Shown here: one piece after another, positions 53,401 to 64,000 of the stretch
Numbering within the stretch: position 1 is the first letter of the stretch
Layout of the letters: every line of letters begins with the position of its first letter
Assembly: GCA_032718475.1 (NCBI GenBank)
Contig: JAUCBJ010009114.1
Span: 1 to 64,000, forward strand
Direction of reading: 5' to 3'
Source of the DNA: Nemertoderma westbladi
Taxonomy: Eukaryota; Animalia; Xenacoelomorpha
Length of the DNA stretch: 64,000 bases
Notes under the pieces: generated by a model
What the model saw: only the letters and a program-made list of their open reading frames with translations
Database searches by the model: none
Told to the model about the DNA's origin: nothing
Program-made: the position numbers and the translations under genes

Positions 53401-56400
53401 TACAACTGATACAAGAGTGGATACAATTCATACAAGAGAGGATACAATTCATACAAGAGGGGTTACAACTGATACAAGAGTGGATACAATTCATACAAGA
53501 GAGGATACAATTCATACAAGAGGGGTTACAACTGATACAAGAGTGGATACAATTCATACAAGAGAGGATACAATTCATACAAGAGGGGTTACAACTGATA
53601 CAAGAGAGGATACAATTCATACAAGAGGGGTTACAACTGATACAAGAGAGGATACAATTCATACAAGAGGGGATACAATTCATACAAGAGGGGTTACAAC
53701 TGATACAAGAGTGGATACAATTCATACAAGAGAGGATACAATTCATACAAGAGGGGTTACAACTGATACAAGAGTGGATACAATTCATACAAGAGAGGAT
53801 ACAATTCATACAAGAGGGGTTACAACTGATACAAGAGAGGATACAATTCATACAAGAGGGGATACAATTCATACAAGAGAGGATACAATTCATACAAGAG
53901 GGGTTACAACTGATACAAGAGAGGATACAATTCATACAAGAGGGGATACAATTCATACAAGAGAGGATACAATTCATACAAGAGGGGTTACAACTGATAC
54001 AAGAGAGGATACAATTCATACAAGAGGGGATACAATTCATACAAGAGAGGATACAATTCATACAAGAGGGGTTACAACTGATACAAGAGAGGATACAATT
54101 CATACAAGAGGGGTTACAACTGATACAAGAGAGGATACAATTCATACAAGAGGGGATACAATTCATACAAGAGAGGATACAATTCATACAAGAGGGGTTA
54201 CAACTGATACAAGAGAGGATACAATTCATACAAGAGGGGATACAATTCATACAAGAGAGGATACAATTCATACAAGAGGGGTTACAACTGATACAAGAGA
54301 GGATACAATTCATACAAGAGTGGATACAACTGATACAAGAGAGGATACAATTCATACAAGAGGGGTTACAACTGATACAAGAGAGGATACAATTCATACA
54401 AGAGGGGATACAATTCATACAAGAGAGGATACAATTCATACAAGAGGGGTTACAACTGATACAAGAGAGGATACAATTCATACAAGAGGGGATACAATTC
54501 ATACAGGAGAGGATACAATTCATACAAGAGAGGATACAATTCATACAAGAGGGGATACAACTGATACAAGAGGGGATACAATTCATACAAGAGGGGTTAC
54601 AACTGATACAAGAGAGGATACAATTCATACAAGAGGGGTTACAACTGATACAAGAGAGGATACAATTCATACAGGAGTGGATACAACTGATACAAGAGAG
54701 GATACAATTCATACAAGAGAGGATACAATTCATACAAGAGGGGTTACAACTGATACAAGAGAGGATACAATTCATACAAGAGTGGATACAACTGATACAA
54801 GAGAGGATACAATTCATACAAGAGAGGATACAATTCATACAAGAGGGGATACAATTCATACAAGAGTGGATACAACTGATACAAGAGGGGATACAATTCA
54901 TACAAGAGGGGTTACAACTGATACAAGAGAGGATACAATTCATACAAGAGGGGTTACAACTGATACAAGAGAGGATACAATTCATACAGGAGTGGATACA
55001 ACTGATACAAGAGAGGATACAATTCATACAAGAGAGGATACAATTCATACAAGAGGGGTTACAACTGATACAAGAGAGGATACAATTCATACAAGAGGGG
55101 TTACAACTGATACAAGAGAGGATACAATTCATACAAGAGGGGTTACAACTGATACAAGAGAGGATACAATTCATACAAGAGGGGTTACAACTGATACAAG
55201 AGAGGATACAATTCATACAAGAGGGGTTACAACTGATACAAGAGAGGATACAATTCATACAAGAGGGGTTACAATTCATACAAGAGAGGATACAATTCAT
55301 ACAAGAGGGGTTACAATTCATACAAGAGAGGATACAATTCATACAAGAGTGGATACAATTCATACAAGAGTGGATACAACTGATACAAGAGAGGATACAA
55401 TTCATACAAGAGGGGTTACAACTGATACAAGAGAGGATACAATTCATACAAGAGGGGTTACAACTGATACAAGAGAGGATACAATTCATACAAGAGGGGT
55501 TACAACTGATACAAGAGAGGATACAATTCATACAGGAGTGGATACAACTGATACAAGAGAGGATACAATTCATACAAGAGAGGATACAATTCATACAAGA
55601 GAGGATACAATTCATACAAGAGTGGATACAATTCATACAAGAGTGGATACAACTGATACAAGAGAGGATACAATTCATACAAGAGGGGTTACAACTGATA
55701 CAAGAGAGGATACAATTCATACAAGAGGGGTTACAACTGATACAAGAGAGGATACAATTCATACAAGAGTGGATACAACTGATACAAGAGAGGATACAAT
55801 TCATACAAGAGGGGTTACAACTGATACAAGAGAGGATACAATTCATACAAGAGGGGTTACAACTGATACAAGAGAGGATACAATTCATACAGGAGTGGAT
55901 ACAACTGATACAAGAGAGGATACAATTCATACAAGAGAGGTTACAATTCATACAAGAGAGGATACAATTCATACAGGAGAGGATACAATTCATACAAGAG
56001 AGGATACAATTCATACAAGAGGGGTTACAACTGATACAAGAGAGGATACAATTCATACAAGAGGGGTTACAACTGATACAAGAGAGGATACAATTCATAC
56101 AAGAGGGGTTACAACTGATACAAGAGAGGATACAATTCATACAAGAGGGGATACAATTCATACAAGAGAGGATACAATTCATACAAGAGGGGTTACAACT
56201 GATACAAGAGGGGATACAATTCATACAAGAGGGGATACAATTCATACAGGAGAGGATACAATTCATACACGAGAGGATACAATTCATACAAGAGGGGTTA
56301 CAACTGATACAAGAGAGGATACAATTCATACAAGAGGGGTTACAACTGATACAAGAGAGGATACAATTCATACAAGAGGGGTTACAACTGATACAAGAGA

Positions 56401-59400
56401 GGATACAATTCATACAAGAGGGGTTACAACTGATACAAGAGAGGATACAATTCATACAAGAGGGGTTACAACTGATACAAGAGAGGATACAATTCATACA
56501 AGAGGGGATACAATTCATACAAGAGGGGATACAATTCATACAAGAGAGGATACAATTCATACAAGAGGGGATACAATTCATACAAGAGGGGATACAATTC
56601 ATACAAGAGAGGATACAATTCATACAAGAGGGGTTACAACTGATACAAGAGAGGATACAATTCATACAAGAGTGGATACAATTCATACAAGAGAGGATAC
56701 AATTCATACAAGAGGGGTTACAACTGATACAAGAGGGGATACAATTCATACAAGAGGGGATACAATTCATACAAGAGAGGATACAATTCATACAAGAGGG
56801 GATACAACTGATACAAGAGAGGATACAATTCATACAAGAGGGGTTACAACTGATACAAGAGAGGATACAATTCATACAAGAGGGGATACAACTGATACAA
56901 GAGAGGATACAATTCATACAAGAGGGGTTACAACTGATACAAGAGAGGATACAATTCATACAAGAGGGGTTACAACTGATACAAGAGAGGATACAATTCA
57001 TACAAGAGGGGTTACAACTGATACAAGAGAGGATACAATTCATACAAGAGGGGTTACAACTGATACAAGAGAGGATACAATTCATACAAGAGGGGTTACA
57101 ACTGATACAAGAGAGGATACAATTCATACAAGAGGGGTTACAACTGATACAAGAGAGGATACAATTCATACAAGAGAGGATACAATTCATACAAGAGGGG
57201 ATACAATTCATACAAGAGGGGTTACAACTGATACAAGAGAGGATACAATTCATACAAGAGGGGATACAACTGATACAAGAGAGGATACAATTCATACAAG
57301 AGGGGTTACAACTGATACAAGAGAGGATACAATTCATACAAGAGGGGATACAACTGATACAAGAGAGGATACAATTCATACAAGAGGGGATACAATTCAT
57401 ACAAGAGGGGATACAATTCATACAAGAGGGGTTACAACTGATACAAGAGAGGATACAATTCATACAAGAGGGGTTACAACTGATACAAGAGAGGATACAA
57501 TTCATACAAGAGGGGTTACAACTGATACAAGAGAGGATACAATTCATACAAGAGGGGTTACAACTGATACAAGAGAGGATACAATTCATACAAGAGGGGT
57601 TACAATTCATACAAGAGGGGATACAACTGATACAAGAGAGGATACAATTCATACAAGAGGGGATACAACTGATACAAGAGGGGATACAATTCATACAAGA
57701 GGGGATACAACTGATACAAGAGAGGATACAATTCATACAAGAGGGGATACAATTCATACAAGAGGGGTTACAACTGATACAAGAGAGGATACAATTCATA
57801 CAAGAGGGGTTACAACTGATACAAGAGAGGATACAATTCATACAAGAGGGGTTACAACTGATACAAGAGAGGATACAATTCATACAAGAGGGGATACAAC
57901 TGATACAAGAGAGGATACAATTCATACAAGAGGGGTTACAACTGATACAAGAGAGGATACAATTCATACAAGAGGGGTTACAACTGATACAAGAGAGGAT
58001 ACAATTCATACAAGAGGGGATACAATTCATACAAGAGGGGATACAACTGATACAAGAGAGGATACAATTCATACAAGAGGGGATACAACTGATACAAGAG
58101 AGGATACAATTCATACAAGAGGGGTTACAACTGATACAAGAGAGGATACAATTCATACAAGAGGGGATACAACTGATACAAGAGAGGATACAATTCATAC
58201 AAGAGGGGATACAACTGATACAAGAGAGGATACAATTCATACAAGAGGGGATACAACTGATACAAGAGAGGATACAATTCATACAAGAGGGGATACAATT
58301 CATACAAGAGGGGTTACAACTGATACAAGAGAGGATACAATTCATACAAGAGGGGTTACAACTGATACAAGAGAGGATACAATTCATACAAGAGGGGTTA
58401 CAACTGATACAAGAGAGGATACAATTCATACAAGAGGGGTTACAACTGATACAAGAGGGGATACAATTCATACAAGAGGGGATACAACTGATACAAGAGA
58501 GGATACAATTCATACAAGAGGGGTTACAACTGATACAAGAGAGGATACAATTCATACAAGAGGGGTTACAACTGATACAAGAGAGGATACAATTCATACA
58601 AGAGGGGTTACAACTGATACAAGAGAGGATACAATTCATACAAGAGGGGATACAACTGATACAAGAGAGGATACAATTCATACAAGAGGGGTTACAACTG
58701 ATACAAGAGAGGATACAATTCATACAAGAGGGGTTACAACTGATACAAGAGAGGATACAATTCATACAAGAGGGGTTACAACTGATACAAGAGAGGATAC
58801 AATTCATACAAGAGGGGATACAATTCATACAAGAGGGGATACAACTGATACAAGAGAGGATACAATTCATACAAGATGGGATACAATTCATACAAGAGGG
58901 GTTACAACTGATACAAGAGAGGATACAATTCATACAAGAGGGGTTACAACTGATACAAGAGAGGATACAATTCATACAAGAGGGGATACAACTGATACAA
59001 GAGAGGATACAATTCATACAAGAGGGGTTACAACTGATACAAGAGAGGATACAATTCATACAAGAGGGGTTACAACTGATACAAGAGAGGATACAATTCA
59101 TACAAGAGGGGTTACAACTGATACAAGAGGGGATACAATTCATACAAGAGGGGATACAATTCATACAAGAGGGGTTACAACTGATACAAGAGAGGATACA
59201 ATTCATACAAGAGGGGATACAATTCATACAAGAGGGGATACAACTGATACAAGAGAGGATACAATTCATACAAGATGGGATACAATTCATACAAGAGGGG
59301 TTACAACTGATACAAGAGGGGATACAATTCATACAAGAGGGGATACAATTCATACAAGAGAGGATACAATTCATACAAGAGGGGATACAACTGATACAAG

Positions 59401-62400
59401 AGAGGATACAATTCATACAAGAGGGGATACAACTGATACAAGAGAGGATACAATTCATACAAGAGGGGTTACAACTGATACAAGAGAGGATACAATTCAT
59501 ACAAGAGGGGATACAATTCATACAAGAGGGGATACAATTCATACAAGAGGGGATACAACTGATACAAGAGAGGATACAATTCATACAAGAGGGGATACAA
59601 TTCATACAAGAGGGGATACAATTCATACAAGAGGGGATACAACTGATACAAGAGAGGATACAATTCATACAAGAGGGGATACAATTCATACAAGAGAGGA
59701 TACAATTCATACAAGAGGGGATACAACTGATACAAGAGAGGATACAATTCATACAAGAGGGGATACAATTCATACAAGAGGGGATACAATTCATACAAGA
59801 GGGGATACAACTGATACAAGAGAGGATACAATTCATACAAGAGGGGATACAATTCATACAAGAGGGGATACAACTGATACAAGATGGGATACAATTCATA
59901 CAAGAGGGGATACAACTGATACAAGAGAGGATACAATTCATACAAGAGGGGATACAACTGATACAAGATGGGATACAATTCATACAAGAGGGGATACAAC
60001 TGATACAAGAGAGGATACAATTCATACAAGAGGGGATACAATTCATACAAGAGGGGTTACAATTCATACAAGAGGGGATACAATTCATACAAGAGAGGAT
60101 ACAATTCATACAAGAGGGGTTACAACTGATACAAGAGGGGATACAATTCATACAAGAGGGGATACAATTCATACAAGAGAGGATACAATTCATACAAGAG
60201 GGGATACAACTGATACAAGAGAGGATACAATTCATACAAGAGGGGTTACAACTGATACAAGAGGGGATACAATTCATACAAGAGGGGATACAACTGATAC
60301 AAGAGAGGATACAATTCATACAAGAGGGGTTACAACTGATACAAGAGAGGATACAATTCATACAAGAGGGGTTACAACTGATACAAGAGAGGATACAATT
60401 CATACAAGAGGGGTTACAACTGATACAAGAGAGGATACAATTCATACAAGAGGGGTTACAACTGATACAAGAGGGGATACAATTCATACAAGAGGGGATA
60501 CAACTGATACAAGAGAGGATACAATTCATACAAGAGGGGATACAATTCATACAAGAGGGGATACAATTCATACAAGAGGGGATACAATTCATACAAGAGG
60601 GGATACAACTGATACAAGAGAGGATACAATTCATACAAGAGGGGTTACAACTGATACAAGAGAGGATACAATTCATACAGGAGTGGATACAACTGATACA
60701 AGAGAGGATACAATTCATACAAGAGAGGATACAATTCATACAAGAGGGGTTACAACTGATACAAGAGAGGATACAATTCATACAGGAGTGGATACAATTC
60801 ATACAAGAGAGGATACAATTCATACAAGAGGGGTTACAACTGATACAAGAGAGGATACAATTCATACAGGAGTGGATACAATTCATACAAGAGAGGATAC
60901 AATTCATACAAGAGTGGATACAATTCATACAAGAGGGGTTACAACTGATACAAGAGAGGATACAATTCATACAAGAGGGGTTACAACTGATACAAGAGAG
61001 GATACAATTCATACAAGAGAGGATACAATTCATACAAGAGGGGTTACAACTGATACAAGAGAGGATACAATTCATACAAGAGGGGTTACAACTGATACAA
61101 GAGAGGATACAATTCATACAGGAGTGGATACAATTCATACAAGAGAGGATACAATTCATACAAGAGGGGTTACAACTGATACAAGAGGGGATACAATTCA
61201 TACAAGAGGGGTTACAACTGATACAAGAGAGGATACAATTCATACAAGAGGGGTTACAACTGATACAAGAGAGGATACAATTCATACAAGAGGGGATACA
61301 ATTCATACAAGAGGGGATACAACTGATACAAGAGAGGATACAATTCATACAAGAGGGGTTACAACTGATACAAGAGAGGATACAATTCATACAAGAGGGG
61401 TTACAACTGATACAAGAGAGGATACAATTCATACACGAGAGGATACAATTCATACAAGAGGGGATACAACTGATACAAGAGAGGATACAATTCATACAAG
61501 AGGGGATACAATTCATACAAGAGGGGATACAATTCATACAAGAGGGGATACAATTCATACAAGAGTGGATACAATTCATACAGGAGTGGATACAACTGAT
61601 ACAAGAGAGGATACAATTCATACAAGAGGGGTTACAATTCATACAAGAGGGGATACAACTGATACAAGAGAGGATACAATTCATACAAGAGGGGTTACAA
61701 CTGATACAAGAGAGGATACAATTCATACAAGAGGGGTTACAACTGATACAAGAGAGGATACAATTCATACAAGAGGGGTTACAACTGATACAAGAGAGGA
61801 TACAATTCATACAAGAGAGGATACAATTCATACAAGAGAGGATACAATTCATACAAGAGGGGATACAACTGATACAAGAGAGGATACAATTCATACAAGA
61901 GAGGATACAATTCATACAAGAGAGGATACAATTCATACAAGAGGGGATACAACTGATACAAGAGAGGATACAATTCATACAAGAGAGGATACAATTCATA
62001 CAAGAGAGGATACAATTCATACAAGAGAGGATACAATTCATACAAGAGGGGATACAATTCATACAAGAGGGGTTACAACTGATACAAGAGAGGATACAAT
62101 TCATACAAGAGAGGATACAATTCATACAAGAGGGGATACAACTGATACAAGAGAGGATACAATTCATACAAGAGGGGATACAATTCATACAAGAGGGGAT
62201 ACAATTCATACAAGAGGGGATACAATTCATACAAGAGAGGATACAATTCATACAAGAGGGGATACAACTGATACAAGAGAGGATACAATTCATACAAGAG
62301 AGGATACAATTCATACAAGAGAGGATACAATTCATACAAGAGGGGATACAATTCATACAAGAGGGGTTACAACTGATACAAGAGAGGATACAATTCATAC

Positions 62401-64000
62401 AAGAGAGGATACAATTCATACAAGAGGGGATACAACTGATACAAGAGAGGATACAATTCATACAAGAGGGGATACAATTCATACAAGAGGGGATACAATT
62501 CATACAAGAGGGGATACAATTCATACAAGAGAGGATACAATTCATACAAGAGGGGATACAACTGATACAAGAGAGGATACAATTCATACAAGAGAGGATA
62601 CAATTCATACAAGAGAGGATACAATTCATACAAGAGAGGATACAATTCATACAAGAGGGGTTACAATTCATACAAGAGGGGATACAACTGATACAAGAGA
62701 GGATACAATTCATACAAGAGGGGTTACAATTCATACAAGAGGGGATACAACTGATACAAGAGAGGATACAATTCATACAAGAGGGGATACAATTCATACA
62801 AGAGGGGATACAATTCATACAAGAGGGGATACAATTCATACAAGAGTGGATACAATTCATACAGGAGTGGATACAACTGATACAAGAGAGGATACAATTC
62901 ATACAAGAGAGGATACAATTCATACAAGAGGAGATACAATTCATACAAGAGTGGATACAATTCATACAAGAGGGGATACAACTGATACAAGAGGGGATAC
63001 AATTCATACAAGATGGGATACAATTCATACAAGAGTGGATACAATTCATACAGGAGTGGATACAACTGATACAAGAGAGGATACAATTCATACAAGAGAG
63101 GATACAATTCATACAAGAGGAGATACAATTCATACAAGAGTGGATACAATTCATACAAGAGGGGATACAACTGATACAAGAGGGGATACAATTCATACAA
63201 GATGGGATACAATTCAAACAAGATGGGATACAACTGATACAAGAGGGGATACAATTCATACAAGAGGGGATACAATTCATACAAGATGGGATACAATTGA
63301 TACAAGAGGGGATACAATTCATACAAGAGGGGTTACAATTCATACAAGAGGGGATACAACTGATACAAGAGAGGATACAATTCATACAAGAGGGGTTACA
63401 ACTGATACAAGAGAGGATACAATTCATACAAGAGGGGTTACAACTGATACAAGAGAGGATACAATTCATACAAGAGGGGTTACAACTGATACAAGAGAGG
63501 ATACAATTCATACAAGAGAGGATACAATTCATACAAGAGAGGATACAATTCATACAAGAGGGGATACAACTGATACAAGAGAGGATACAATTCATACAAG
63601 AGAGGATACAATTCATACAAGAGAGGATACAATTCATACAAGAGGGGATACAACTGATACAAGAGAGGATACAATTCATACAAGAGAGGATACAATTCAT
63701 ACAAGAGAGGATACAATTCATACAAGAGAGGATACAATTCATACAAGAGGGGATACAATTCATACAAGAGGGGTTACAACTGATACAAGAGAGGATACAA
63801 TTCATACAAGAGGGGTTACAATTCATACAAGAGGGGATACAACTGATACAAGAGAGGATACAATTCATACAAGAGGGGTTACAATTCATACAAGAGGGGA
63901 TACAACTGATACAAGAGAGGATACAATTCATACAAGAGGGGTTACAACTGATACAAGAGAGGATACAATTCATACAAGAGGGGTTACAATTCATACAAGA
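17500..64000. repeat. Giant 21-bp minisatellite/satellite (ATACAATTCATACAAGAGGGG)n, ~2200 units, continues past the right edge
   Basis: Directly visible. Register is kept throughout (the ORF track shows a single unbroken frame). The first two units at the left edge are degenerate. Confidence 0.99.
34009..34108. other. Assembly gap (100 N)
   Basis: A run of exactly 100 N, the usual placeholder for a gap of unknown size. Confidence 0.99.

Noticed and set aside
17499-63767. (YELYPLL)n and (YNSYKRG)n ORFs
   Set aside because: Alternative frames of the same 21-mer, repeatedly broken by common variants.
17336-63994. 15,552-aa Cys-rich ORF as an annotated protein
   Set aside because: It is a pure tandem repeat whose codons are almost immune to single-step stops. 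It crosses an N gap and has no unique domain or visible start context. Kept only as a testable curiosity.

Overview
AT-rich eukaryotic (probably invertebrate metazoan) genomic DNA dominated by three minisatellites. (i) 1-1980: a 30-bp array grown out of an exon/intron junction, so every unit carries a copy of a 5' splice donor of a minus-strand multi-exon gene (candidate exons 14293-14441, 2983-3021, 1963-2121, phase-compatible, product unrecognised). (ii) 5847-14211: an 8.4-kb non-autonomous foldback transposon whose arms are inverted 19-bp arrays, with TAC...GTA ends and a 6-bp ATAACT target-site duplication (IS3EU-like signature), lying in the intron of that gene. The same intron holds an intronless ORF for a small, signal-peptide-bearing, 6-Cys protein (3911-4165, minus). 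(iii) 17500-64000: a >46-kb indel-free 21-bp array with positional variant domains and an emerging 42-bp dimer. It contains a 100-N gap flanked by a 5.65-kb exact duplication that is probably an assembly artefact. The giant ORFs over the arrays, including the 15,552-aa Cys-rich one, are best explained as by-products of repeat composition. Smaller SINE/HINE-like insertions and X-box/CRE motifs occur in the unique segments. No database search was possible, so all family assignments come from motifs seen in the sequence.
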